Assembly: GCA_010405405.1 (NCBI GenBank)
Contig: MU004231.1
Span: 732,153-796,152 of the forward strand
Length of the DNA: 64,000 nt
Origin: Microthyrium microscopicum
Taxonomy: Eukaryota
Direction of reading: 5' to 3'
The notes under the pieces were generated by a model. The model did not search any database. It was given only the letters and a program-made list of their open reading frames with translations, and had not been told where the DNA came from. Numbering within the stretch: position 1 is the first letter of the stretch; every line of letters begins with the position of its first letter. Below, one piece after another: positions 23,716 through 34,620 of the stretch. A program made the translations under genes and the position numbers.

Positions 23716-24666
23716 TCCTAGGTCAGGCTATGGCACATCTGGCAGTGCTTATGCGAGCCGATCACAGTCGAGCACTCTATCCCTTCAGATAAAGCTATGA
23801 GATGGCTAACAAGCACTCAAGCATTGACGATCGAGTTAGATCCGTTGTGCTGGTAGTATACGAGTAGGATGCCGCGGATGAGTTAATATGCAGCGTCATT
23901 TCCTGCATTATGCAAGTGCTCTCAGAGCGCTAGCGGATCTCGAGAGATTGATATACATTGACAGAGGCAGGTCGAATCCCTTTTGATAGGCAAACCAACT
24001 TTGAGGCGAGATTATCAAGTGATAGAAGGTAGCAGACTTCTTTAGAACAGCTCAGAGATGCTAACCTACTTTTGAGGTGACTGTATCAAGCATCCAGAAG
24101 GCACGACAAGTACTCCAAGTGATAATCAATATAAAGGTCAATCTCTTCAAAGTTTTATGCCGATCGACCACAGCGAGTTCTCTTCAATCACTTCCGGCCT
24201 CATTTTAAGTAATCTTATGGAATGGAAGTTTTTGAACAACAAAGGAGTGGCACAAGTCAAAATACTTTAAGCTGTGTATTATTGGATACGTATGTTGAGA
24301 GACGCTTTGGTTGATTGATCTATGGCATACATGAGCAGGTAATGCTTTCGACATAAGCAACAGTCCTCGAAAATAAATGAAACTGTATGATGGGCGAGTT
24401 AAAGAAAAGAGAATGAAGAGGAAATTTATCATTGAAATTATCTTCGTGCTGGCTTGGTGGTGATATCTCGATATGGCCATTACTTCCTTTAGGCATGCTA
24501 CTTCCTGTCGTCAGCACCAGTACCTGTTTCTGAACTTCTTACGTCCAACGACTTAGAGTCTATTTTCTCGAGTGTGGTCTTCGACCTGATCAGATCTGTT
24601 GGCTAGAGCCGAGCAGATCAGGCAAAGTATAACGACTCAAAGCCCTTCGCGACTGGTGGAATGGAT

Positions 24667-26241
24667 TCACTCATCCCAGCTTCGAGTGGTTGCTTCTTCA
24701 AATTGTTCATCTTCTTCATCAAACGCGTTCACTTTCTCCTCTTCGGCAACTAAACCAGTTTCCTCCTCTTCGACCGTCACATCCAATTCCTCCTCTTCAG
24801 CACTCGCGTTGATTTCCAGATACGCCGCTGCGCGTGCATGCTTTTTCATAGTGGCATGGACGTATTCCATCTTGCTGTGTTTGGAACTCATATCCAGGTC
24901 AAGCATTAGATGGGCTAAGGTAGTCGATTGGTAGTCTTCGGAAGCGATCATCGGACGGTTTGAAGCTGCCTGAACACGATGTTGTCGATTGTGAGGACCC
25001 CGCTGGGGTTGCCACTCAGTAGGAACAGGGCCCACTCCGCCATTCTTTTGTATGTGCTTCTCCAGTCGCTCTGCGTCCTTCTTCATTCGGTATTTGACAT
25101 TGTCAAATGCAAGCTTGCGCTGAAAGTTATCGTACGCAGTCTGATTCTTCCGTCGTCGCCAGTCTAATGATCGCCGATCAGTTGGAAGGATGGGACATAG
25201 TGACGTGTGATGGCTATCTACTGCGTAGCAATTGCTGCAAGAAACCAAAGCTCCGCAGTTGTCATGATCATGTCGGTTGCAGTGCTGACAATGCGTGTGG
25301 GTACCCACCAAACATGGAAATGGCTGTCCGCTGAGTGACTTCTTTAACTCGTGGATATAGAAATTAGCATTGAGGATGGAGTTGGGTCCCAACACAGAAT
25401 AGTAGGTAAGAACGAGGCCGCAAATAAGTTGGTAAGCAGCATCGTTGCCAGCATTGTGCAGAAAGCTCGTGTTGCCCTTGTCGATTCCAAGAGCTGACAT
25501 GACTGTGTGCACGCTGGGACGATGGCCGATGGTGGTCACTAGATCTGACCACTTGAGGGTCTTGAGAGCTTCGTGTTGGTTATTCATGGTCCAGCTCTCT
25601 CGGAGGACTTTCTGGAGATCATAACCGAATTTTTGGAATTTGGTCTCTTCCGCCCGATTTGCATGTCCATAGAAAATGCAATCCCGATGTCCTTCCTCGG
25701 GATTTCCTAGGATTCTTATCATGGCCTCTTTGAGCTGGGATTCTTGCACAAACTGCGATTTTCCAAATTCAAAGTTGTCCGACTGATCCATATTGCACCC
25801 CTTATCTCCCAAAATCCATGGTTCATCACTTCGTCTCATGCGATGATCCGAGACTCGGATGTGGAGGACTTGTACTTGAGCAATCGCTTCCTGGAGAGTT
25901 GGGACTCGGTCCAGAAAATTTCTCAAGTCCAGAATAGCTATCCCGATCTCAGATGTGAGACCATGGGGATTAGATGCTTGAGCTTTGGTCATCCAGCCTT
26001 CAGTGTCCAAGGACATCAAGACCGCGCGGTTTCCCTCGATAGATACTGGATTGAATATATGATCTGCCAGTAGCTTGAGACTACCAGTCCCTGAGCCTTG
26101 TTTGCTCTCTGAGGACCACTTCTTGTCAAAGAATTCAGCGTTCTCCGCCATGTTCTTGTAGAACTTGAACCATCCATCCTTCAACATGTTGAAAACTGGA
26201 TCCTCGGCCACTTCGCCAGTGGAGACTTCATTTAGAGCCAT
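24667..26241 (-). CDS. DEDDh 3'-5' exonuclease of the Gfd2/YDR514C (QDE-2-interacting protein-like) family with C-terminal Cys/His cluster and acidic tail; intronless
   Basis: SLDTEG (ExoI), SEIGIAILD, FEFGKSQF, FYGHA, LHNAGNDA (ExoIII), CQHCNRHDH...CSNC...HHTSLC. Confidence 0.85.
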   Translation of the reverse strand: MALNEVSTGEVAEDPVFNMLKDGWFKFYKNMAENAEFFDKKWSSESKQGSGTGSLKLLADHIFNPVSIEGNRAVLMSLDTEGWMTKAQASNPHGLTSEIGIAILDLRNFLDRVPTLQEAIAQVQVLHIRVSDHRMRRSDEPWILGDKGCNMDQSDNFEFGKSQFVQESQLKEAMIRILGNPEEGHRDCIFYGHANRAEETKFQKFGYDLQKVLRESWTMNNQHEALKTLKWSDLVTTIGHRPSVHTVMSALGIDKGNTSFLHNAGNDAAYQLICGLVLTYYSVLGPNSILNANFYIHELKKSLSGQPFPCLVGTHTHCQHCNRHDHDNCGALVSCSNCYAVDSHHTSLCPILPTDRRSLDWRRRKNQTAYDNFQRKLAFDNVKYRMKKDAERLEKHIQKNGGVGPVPTEWQPQRGPHNRQHRVQAASNRPMIASEDYQSTTLAHLMLDLDMSSKHSKMEYVHATMKKHARAAAYLEINASAEEEELDVTVEEEETGLVAEEEKVNAFDEEDEQFEEATTRSWDE

Positions 26242-26527
26242 GATGAGCGAAATAGCTATTCTAATCAGTATATCAATGCGTTCAAGAGCGAGAAATGTAT
26301 GGTGTGAACGTATATAGTGGAGGCAAGTAATATGATATTACTGGGTGGCTGCAACTGATGAAGGTCAAGAATGCGATGGTTGTCCTGACGAGTATATTGG
26401 GGTTTGGTGGTATTCAAAGAGCCAAAGAGACGGCTGAGCTTTAAGGGCAGAAAAGCCTGAGCTAAACATGACCGTCTTCACTGTTTATTCAGTGACTTTG
26501 TCCACCTAGAAATTGAGACTACCCGGT

Positions 26528-26585
26528 CCAGTGAACGCGATGAACAGGTGAGCCAGTGAACGCGATGAACAGGTGAGCCAGTGAA
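26528..26585. repeat. 25-bp perfect tandem repeat, ~2.3 copies
   Basis: ccagtgaacgcgatgaacaggtgag at 26528 and 26553, partial copy at 26578. Confidence 0.95.
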
Positions 26586-27810
26586 TGAGGCACGCTTTGA
26601 GCCACCTCAAATGGACCACCTGGAAAGCCTCCAAATCGCAAGAACTTTAGAAACATAGCTGCGTTAAGCACCCGTAACCAAAGCCTGGGATGCATACGAT
26701 ATCGCATGGAGGCATAAGGAGTGAATGTAGCCTGCGCCATAGCGACCAGAATGATAAGCTGCTAAGCATTTCGCCGTACTCTCTACTCTGCATGGATATT
26801 GCCCTTGGTTTGAAGGGTACTGCATAAGCTTCGACGTGTTATACGACTGACGACATGGAAAATTAACTGGACAATATGCCAAAGTTTTACTTAGCACTGT
26901 TTGGTCAAGACCTGCAGACACCTAACAAAGTACAAAACTTTCGGTCGACATTCTCCCAAACAATATAAGAGTTGATCGAATTTTAGTACTGCTCCTCATT
27001 TCGCTCTGCACTGCTGTTCTGATAAATTCAGATAGATAGTTTGCTAAACACGCTTGATCGGTAGAAGCATGTTTTCTACCTGTAGTTTGACGGGCTCGAA
27101 TCAAACAACTTTGTTCGCCTATTTGGAAACCCCATTCTATTGTCATTGTAACGCAACGATATAAAGCTTGCTTGACCTCGCTTGATCTATGTCTAATCAT
27201 CATCAAGTGCTCTTCGCACTACTTCACGATTTGTTTCGCTGGAACACTGCAGGATTGATTGTGACCATTAGCAAACATTACTCTAGCCCGAGTCCGCTTA
27301 TTGAAAGACTTTGCTCAAAATCCTTGGTTGCACTAGTCGGATCATCAATTGTGTTCTTGATCAAGCAATTCATATTCTTAGTAAGTCTAGTTGTGTCATG
27401 GTTGCGCCACGTGCTGCGTTTTGGCTTCGCTGCTTTCGTAAACGTGTTTCCATGCGCTCTCTAGACGGTTCTAAAGGTCGCTTAGTTGAGTCCGTTTTTA
27501 AGCAATGCAGGCTGTACGATATCATGTGAGGACTTGATCGCGCATTCAGGCTGTAAAGACTCCAGTCTACTGTCGCAGCGCGCCGATTGGATAGCCTGTT
27601 GTCCCTGCCACCTTCGGATATATTTCATATTCTTGATCATATCAATTTTTTTCTGCAGGAAGCTGGCATCATTTATTGGAAAGGGAACGATCGCGAAAAG
27701 GGGTCTGAAATTCATGTGTTTACTAACCCATTACGTTGCCACAGCAACTTGAAATTCGATCGACGTAGCCTGAAATCCTACTCACATCTGCTTTTCAACT
27801 ACCAGTCATT

Positions 27811-29037
27811 ATGCCGTTATCGCAATCAACGTGTATGAACCCATCAGATACAATGATGGCCCATACTGGACTCACGTATTCCAAAACTTCCGCGTCTTCC
27901 GGCGGCCACAATCTCCACACGCTGCCTGGCGACGTGCTCCATGAAATCTTGCTCTTATGCCCTACTTTGAGGTCTCTGTACCATCTGGTTGAAACCCACC
28001 CGGCGATATATCGAGCCTTCGATGCAAGACGCCGTCTAATCTTACGCACCGTCTTTGACAAGGAAACGAGGGGCCGCGTTGGCCGAAGAATCGTGGACGC
28101 ACTACTTGCTCGAACAGCAGTCGAAAAAGCAGTAGATGCTGTTGCACTGCGTGAAGCATTATATCGCCTATATGAGCCATTTTGGCCAACCCGGTTGCGC
28201 TGCAAACTGGCCATGGTGCTGCTACACAGTTACCGTGCGGCAAATATGAAGGATGAAGCTCTTGCATTCGCAAAATCTTTAGCTCCTACAGTACTAAGTT
28301 GCAAATCGCCCATGAGCGAAGCTCGTCTGCTAGCCCGAGCTCTGGTCCAGACGTACGAAGGCGCAGACCTCGCTCATGACGCCCTTCAATTCCAAGAGTC
28401 ATTCTTGCATCTGATTAAGCCACAATCGCCTGAGCATAATACATGGGCTAAAGATCTGGTAGCCAGGTACCAGACTATAAAAGGGCCTGAACAAGCCTGT
28501 CAGCTGCAGGGTACTTTTTGGGAGCTTTACCAGACGACTCTAGGCCCGGGCAATGACATTACTTTGAGCTGGGCACGATTAATTGTATCAGAACGTCAAT
28601 CTGCGGGTCAAAACCAACAGGCAGTGGCCTTTCACCAACAAGTTAGACGTTCACTGGATCCCGCATCAGCGCAATATGTTGCATGGTCACGACAGCAGAT
28701 TAAAATGCTGCAAAAGTTGGAGCAAGATGATAAAGCAATCTTGGTCACAGAGGACGTCTGGCGCCATCTTCAGCCTGAGTCGCCTGGATATAGGGCATGG
28801 ACAGCACAACTCAGTGACCAATATGAGGCTGCAGGACGATCCGAAGATGCAATTGCGGTCTGTCAAACTGCTTGGACAACGACAAAGGCATTCTTGGACG
28901 GTTTGCCAAACGACAAAGCACGAAAATATCGCGCTCGAGGCGCCGCACTTTTGCTTGCCAAAGCTTATCGAAGAAACAATCAAGCAGAAGATGCCAACTC
29001 TATTGAGGCAATATCGGAATCGTATTGCTCGTCGTAG
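27811..29037 (+). CDS. F-box-like N-terminus plus TPR-like helical repeat protein, intronless
   Basis: LHTLPGDVLHEILLLCPTLRSL (F-box-like). ~38-40-aa repeats with recurrent P..S..Y..W...L...Y...G....A. Confidence 0.7.
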   Translation: MPLSQSTCMNPSDTMMAHTGLTYSKTSASSGGHNLHTLPGDVLHEILLLCPTLRSLYHLVETHPAIYRAFDARRRLILRTVFDKETRGRVGRRIVDALLARTAVEKAVDAVALREALYRLYEPFWPTRLRCKLAMVLLHSYRAANMKDEALAFAKSLAPTVLSCKSPMSEARLLARALVQTYEGADLAHDALQFQESFLHLIKPQSPEHNTWAKDLVARYQTIKGPEQACQLQGTFWELYQTTLGPGNDITLSWARLIVSERQSAGQNQQAVAFHQQVRRSLDPASAQYVAWSRQQIKMLQKLEQDDKAILVTEDVWRHLQPESPGYRAWTAQLSDQYEAAGRSEDAIAVCQTAWTTTKAFLDGLPNDKARKYRARGAALLLAKAYRRNNQAEDANSIEAISESYCSS

Positions 29038-29239
29038 TGATCGAAAACAACATGCATTCGTGGAGTGTGTCAAAGATCAGACGCTAAAATTGATATCGAT
29101 ACATACCGCACTCATGGTAAACATGTTGCACGTGTATCTTGTCTCGAAACGTAAGGATAATTTGTACGATTGAAGGCCTCTTAGTACAGAAATATTACGA
29201 GCCAGGAAGATTACCAGAGACATCCGACCAAGCACAAAA

Positions 29240-30411
29240 CTAGCCATTCGGACGCATAGGACCGGAGGCCTATTTGTCCACAGTCAGTTCACAGTCTACT
29301 GTAGATGGATGAAGGATATTAAAGACATACCCTGTAAAACTTCTGCTTGTTCGCTACTCTCTCAGTTGCCCACGATGCCGCAGCACGTGTGATGAGCTCC
29401 TTTTTCTGCATTTTCTTCTCCGTTAACATAAGGCTCCGCTTCTGCTGATCCGAGACACCAATGAGGCCCATTGCACCTCGCACAGCCACTCTTCGATCCC
29501 GAGAAGGTTGTGCTGCTGTAGACTCATTCGGATGCTCCTCATCTTTAGGAGCATCTGCATCTAGCTCTCTCGTGATAGCCTTCCTCGCTACATCTTTGGC
29601 AGGCCGCTTTTTGGTTGTACCCTTCGGTCCTTCATGCTGTGATCCGACAATTTTTCCTGAGGCCAGCAGTAATGTGTCGTCGGGCATCTTTCGATAGGAC
29701 GCCGAGTTTACATCCCCTGACATATATTCTGGCCGAGCCTTACTGATACTTTCTGAATCTTCATCAGAATCAGCTTCAGCATCGGAGAAATCCCAGAACT
29801 CCAACAGCTCTGGTTCACGTTCGAGGTTGATCATACAATGACCTTTCTCCAACATATGTTGCTTAACGCCATTTGCGGAGCGTTTCGCTAGTCCACAGTA
29901 TATACATTCATGGTACTGATTTATCACTCCCCAGATGTATTCGACAAAAGTCTCCACGCTGGCGAGATGATCCAGTTCTGGGATGTAAAGCCCATGCTCG
30001 GACGACATGTGCTGCAAATTGATGTCCAATGTCGGGAGGGTTTCTTTGCAGAACAAACATTGGTTGATATCTGCTTCCTCAGTGGGCGTGGGCTCATCAA
30101 TATCCAAGCCCTCAACATCATCGGCCAAATCTTCCATGGATGGTTCGGCAGGTGCTGATGGCTTCTTCGGCTCAGCGGTGGATGATGGCATCTGTTCCGC
30201 ATATCTTTCAGCGGACATTGGCGGTAAAGATGCCATACGTCTTTTGAGGTTATACACACTATGGCCACTCATTAGCAGTTGTGACGTGGAAGATACTGGC
30301 TTGAGCTTACTGCCATGACTGTCGCATGTGCGCTCGCTGCTCTACGGAGGTCGCGAAAGCAAGCTCGCAGCCATTACAAGTGAATGGCAATTGCGTTCTT
30401 GATATCTCCAT
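29240..30411 (-). CDS. Rei1/Reh1/Tri15-like C2H2 zinc-finger protein (pre-60S factor family, short divergent form), 3 exons
   Basis: FTCNGC...QRAHM..SWH|VYNLKRRMASLPP, QCLFC...HMSSEHGLYIP, ECIYC...QHMLEKGHC...EFWDFS. Confidence 0.85.
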
Positions 30412-31024
30412 TGTAAAACAATAAGATTGGTTGATAACTCGTAAGATTGATTTTATGCGTTTTCTGGTCAGATTTCCACCGACTTATTTGAGCGCCCGTT
30501 CGAGGATATGTCTTGCGAAATATTCAGGAAGACCTCCAATCTTTTTATGTAGCCATTTTTACTATTTGATGTAGCAGCGGGAGTATGTTCCACCGTTTAA
30601 GATGAGTCAAGATTGGGCTGCGCCCCAGTGCCTGCATATAATAATAGGTGTTATGACGCGGTAGGATTATTGCTTGCAGGGATCATTGTCTCCCCTTTTT
30701 TGATAATATGCCGATCTGGATATCGTCCTTTTAACTTCGTCTTGCTTCTGCCATGCTAAGGTGTCGTTCTCTCTCAGCCGTAAACTCGAAAGATAATATC
30801 AAACTGGCGGCTGGGACTACCCACCCGTACAATGACTTCGGGACCCGAACATCGTTGATAAAGAATCATATTTCTGATTTAAGACGACATAACGAATACG
30901 AGCAGGACATGTATTTGCTATCTATTCTATACCATTACGGAACAGACCACTGAATGATCTCGAGAAGCTCCTATATCTTTGTCTCCGCCTTCAATGCTGA
31001 CCAAATTAACAGCCGTAGCAGCCC

Positions 31025-31451
31025 TTAGCAGTCAGATAGCCGCAAGCGATGATGTGCAACGCGTAGATGGAGAAACTCCATGTGAGAAATGGCTTCTTCT
31101 AGACTCGGTGGGTCGCATTTGAGTTTTTGTGTATCCACGAACGAAAAGCCAATTACTGTAGCCGCAGTACCAATCGACTTGCCAGTCTTGGAACCAGTGA
31201 AATCGATCCACAACTCAGTGTCCAGGGACATGAGAATAGGGCCATTGGCATTAGTCAAGTCTCCAGGCTTGAGGCCCAGAGCTTCTTTGATGCTCTCTAG
31301 GGAACCGGTGCCCGAGCCGGCGCGAGGATTCCAAACGGTGTCTATATGTTGCTCATTTCCGCTTGCTGCTCGTAGAACGCGATATACTCCCCTTCTTGTC
31401 TTCGAAGTCTTGTTGACTCCAAGGAGCAGATGCGCTGTCTGCAGTTGCCAT
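31025..31451 (-). pseudogene. Truncated, frameshifted paralog of the exonuclease at 24667-26241
   Basis: FYEQQAE / W..RAGSGTGSL...ILMSLDTE...IGFSFVD...PSLEEAISHMEFLHLRVAHHRLRLSD aligns with FYKNMAE...QGSGTGSL...VLMSLDTE...IGIAILD...PTLQEAIAQVQVLHIRVSDHRMRRSD. Confidence 0.85.
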
Positions 31452-32103
31452 ACTATATGGCGGTCCTTAATGCAGCTAGGTGGAAGTCAGACATTAGCAG
31501 AGAATTTTCAAGAGGAAGACAAACATATAAAGGTGAGCATAAGAAATATGACGAGATAAGAGTAGGAACACAAAGATATAAGAATCGAAGTTCATGTGTA
31601 TATTTAGACTACCTTAAGTAGTTCTACACGAAAAGCTAAAGGTGCATCAATCACCAAGAAAATTCCCTTTTCGACAGACGCCCCAAATGTGGGAGTGTAT
31701 CATAACGATAATGGGCCGGGAGACCACACTATCTCTAAAAACGCCCCAGCGCCGGTGTTCTTTCTATCCGAACATGTAGTTTCCCCATCTGTAGATACGA
31801 GTACGAGCTATAAAAAACATTCAAAATAAAGACGCTTCCGAGCCGCCCATGGGGTGTTTGTAAAAGCGAGAAACGATCCCAAGCAAAATAATCATATTCA
31901 TCAAAGTCGTGCGCGCGCCGCCTCTATTCCTCGTCTTCCTCATCATCACAATCAAGCTCCAAATCGGTCTGCTGTGGAGCAGTGGAGGAGTTGGTGCTGG
32001 ATGGAGGTGGTGCAAGACCTGGAATAGGTGGAAGAAGGCCTGGGATAAGACCGCCGCTAGCGGGTGTGGTGTGGTTGGTTGGTTGATTGGACGATCCATT
32101 ATA

Positions 32104-34620
32104 CTACTCTGGTCGCCAAAGAGCCAACGTGGCACAGAAGTTGCTGCGGTTGTCGGCGTCGGGTACTTGTACTGAGGCAACGGCACGGCTGTTGGCAAGG
32201 GTGGCATTGGCAGATCCCATGGCGCCAACGGTGTAGCCGGTGGTGCTAACCATGTTGACGGCGGCTTTGGTGCTGAGACCAAAGAGGTTGAGATTGTTGG
32301 TGGTACCCTCAATGCTGACCATGCCGTTTTGGCACGTTTCAGTGTTGACGCACTTTTGGTCGTAATTTTCGAAGAAGGAGTAGAGACCAGCACCAAAAAC
32401 GAGGACATCAGATGAGTTGACGATACGCAGACCCCAAGCTTTGTTGTCAGCGTTGGACACGCCAGTGAATTGAGGGTCAGTGGCCTGGACCTTGAAGGGA
32501 GCCGGGGCGGCCGGATTGGTTTGGAAGTATGGGGTTTCGGACTGAATGACGGACATGTAGACATTGGCAGCATTGTTGAGTTGGTATTGGTACATGACGG
32601 AGTGTTCGCTTGCAGTGCCATACATCCAGACCGGGTTTTGCGACTCAAGGAGTACACCACGACCGTTAAAGATGTTTATCTGATTGTGGTCCTTGATATC
32701 GAGCTCGTGATCGGCAACCCAGAACCAGGTGTTCTCTAATAGAACTGACGCACTTTGGGTGGCATGGAACAAGGTGTGAGCACCAATACAGGCTGGATTA
32801 GCAGCGGCGATGGCTGTTGGATCCTTGGAGCACTTGTCAGATTGAAGATCAGTGCCAGCGCTACCTCCGATGCGGAAGTGCACATCCCATAATCCGTTGG
32901 TGCCTTGCATAGCGGCGTTGGAATTCCATTGCATCATAATAGCACCAGGGACAGAACCAACAGTCTCGAAAATGAGATCGGACATCTCAACAGCACCGGT
33001 GTCATTGGCCTGACCAACGGAGAAGACAGGTTGTGGGTTTGTTTCGTCGCCGAAGAATGTACCCTTGGCCATAATGAGAGGCCAGATCTCGCCAGTGATC
33101 TTGATGTTCTTGTTTCCGGGGACGTTGACGGTCTTGGTGACAATGTAAGCACCATGGTCGAAATACAAGACTTGGTTGTCCTGAAGAGAGTTGAGAGCGG
33201 TTTGAATGGCAGCAGTGTCATCCGTCTGACCATCACCCTTGGCACCAGCGGACTTGATGCTCACGAATGAGCTAGCAGGGTAAGATTCGTACTGAGGTTT
33301 GCTGCGCTCAAAGATCTTGCCATCAGATCCCATCAAAGCCTTTGGCTTCATAGCAGCAGTGACAGGTCCTTGTTGTCTAGTGCCAGTGGATCCCGCGTAC
33401 ATTTGACCTTGAGCCCAGGAATCAACCACACCGCCTCCGTTCAGAACGGTGGCACCTGTGTATGATTTGACAGCAGCTGGAGATCCAGTGAAGTCGACAT
33501 TGTCAATGATGAGAGTTCCGCCGCCGGTAGGAATGCTTTGTTGGGCGAAACTGGTGTTGACACCAACTGGGGTGTTGAGAATCGAGCTGTCTTGTAACAA
33601 AACAGAGCCAACGGTTTGATTGGCTGGTGAATTAGCCATGTCCAGACCAACCTTGCAGTTGTTGACTGTGATGGACTTCCATGTCCACAGCCAGTTCCAG
33701 TTCATGAAAATGGCAGTGTTGCAGTTGTTGAAGGTCATATTGCGAGAGGTAAACTGTTGGCTTCCGACAAAGGCGCCAGTGTTACCACCATTGAAAACCA
33801 AGTCACTCATGAAACCTCCAGAGCCATTGTCCATGAAAACACCTGACTGTGTGCTTGCGCCCTGCACCATTTCAAATCGGATGTTTTGAAGTGAAGTTCC
33901 TTGGGCAACTTGCCAGTGGATTCCGGCACCATTCTTGGCAGTGATTCCAGTGAGATCAATAACAAAGTTGCGAACTTGTCGGAAGAAGTTGTTTTGATTG
34001 GTGTACCAATTGGCAGCTGTACCGTTGACATATTCGTAGGGATCAGCGTCAATGACAGCCATGCCTTCAAAGGCAGCTGAAGCTTTGAGAGTTGGAGGAT
34101 TTGTTGCATCTCCAATCATTTGCGTGTAATAGTACTGAACAATCGGCTTGCTCACAACATAGGTACCAGCTGGGAAGTAGACCAAGGCGGGAGTTGTGGT
34201 GCTGGAATCACAGCCAGAGCCACATCGATTCCCATCAGAGATAGCCAAGTTGATTGCAGCCGTGTCATCAGTGCTTCCGTCTCCCTTGGCACCATAATCT
34301 TTGACGTTGCGGTAGACTTTGTATCCAGTGGTTCCAAATGGAACGGTTCCTTGACGTTGGACGGCGGCTAACCAATAGCCTCCGGCAGCAGCTGGAGCAG
34401 CAGCTGAAGATGGTGCTGATCCTGGAGCGACATCTCGGACTTGTTGTGAGATGTAGCCATCTGGAGAGGGCTTGGCTGTATCGAAAAATGAAGCCAAAGT
34501 CTTTTTGACGAAGTTGAGAGGGTTGAGATCAGACCCATCCAAAGTGAAATGGTTATAAGGCCGTGCGTTGACGAGGGTAGTGGCAGACAAGCCAGCCAGG
34601 GCTACGAAGGAGACCTTCAT
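32104..34620 (-). CDS. Secreted GH55 exo-beta-1,3-glucanase, intronless CDS
   Basis: Signal peptide MKVSFVALAGL. Two pectate-lyase-3-like modules (RNVKDYGAKGDGSTDDTAAI and GAKGDGQTDDTAAI). NQNNFFRQVRN, WVADHELD, GTASEH, QSETPYFQ. Confidence 0.96.
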   Translation of the reverse strand: MKVSFVALAGLSATTLVNARPYNHFTLDGSDLNPLNFVKKTLASFFDTAKPSPDGYISQQVRDVAPGSAPSSAAAPAAAGGYWLAAVQRQGTVPFGTTGYKVYRNVKDYGAKGDGSTDDTAAINLAISDGNRCGSGCDSSTTTPALVYFPAGTYVVSKPIVQYYYTQMIGDATNPPTLKASAAFEGMAVIDADPYEYVNGTAANWYTNQNNFFRQVRNFVIDLTGITAKNGAGIHWQVAQGTSLQNIRFEMVQGASTQSGVFMDNGSGGFMSDLVFNGGNTGAFVGSQQFTSRNMTFNNCNTAIFMNWNWLWTWKSITVNNCKVGLDMANSPANQTVGSVLLQDSSILNTPVGVNTSFAQQSIPTGGGTLIIDNVDFTGSPAAVKSYTGATVLNGGGVVDSWAQGQMYAGSTGTRQQGPVTAAMKPKALMGSDGKIFERSKPQYESYPASSFVSIKSAGAKGDGQTDDTAAIQTALNSLQDNQVLYFDHGAYIVTKTVNVPGNKNIKITGEIWPLIMAKGTFFGDETNPQPVFSVGQANDTGAVEMSDLIFETVGSVPGAIMMQWNSNAAMQGTNGLWDVHFRIGGSAGTDLQSDKCSKDPTAIAAANPACIGAHTLFHATQSASVLLENTWFWVADHELDIKDHNQINIFNGRGVLLESQNPVWMYGTASEHSVMYQYQLNNAANVYMSVIQSETPYFQTNPAAPAPFKVQATDPQFTGVSNADNKAWGLRIVNSSDVLVFGAGLYSFFENYDQKCVNTETCQNGMVSIEGTTNNLNLFGLSTKAAVNMVSTTGYTVGAMGSANATLANSRAVASVQVPDADNRSNFCATLALWRPE

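Noticed and set aside
23138..23800. 220-aa plus-strand ORF
   Set aside because: It is the in-register antisense shadow of the Glu/Arg-rich minus-strand frame and has a non-ATG start.
23993..24107. Weak ~70-bp-period direct repeat (aacc.actttgagg.ga..tatcaag...agaagg)
   Set aside because: Two short, diverged copies with no TSD or TIR and no functional clue.
21700..31500. Starship or other giant mobile element carrying the orphan genes
   Set aside because: No tyrosine-recombinase captain and no boundary repeats found.
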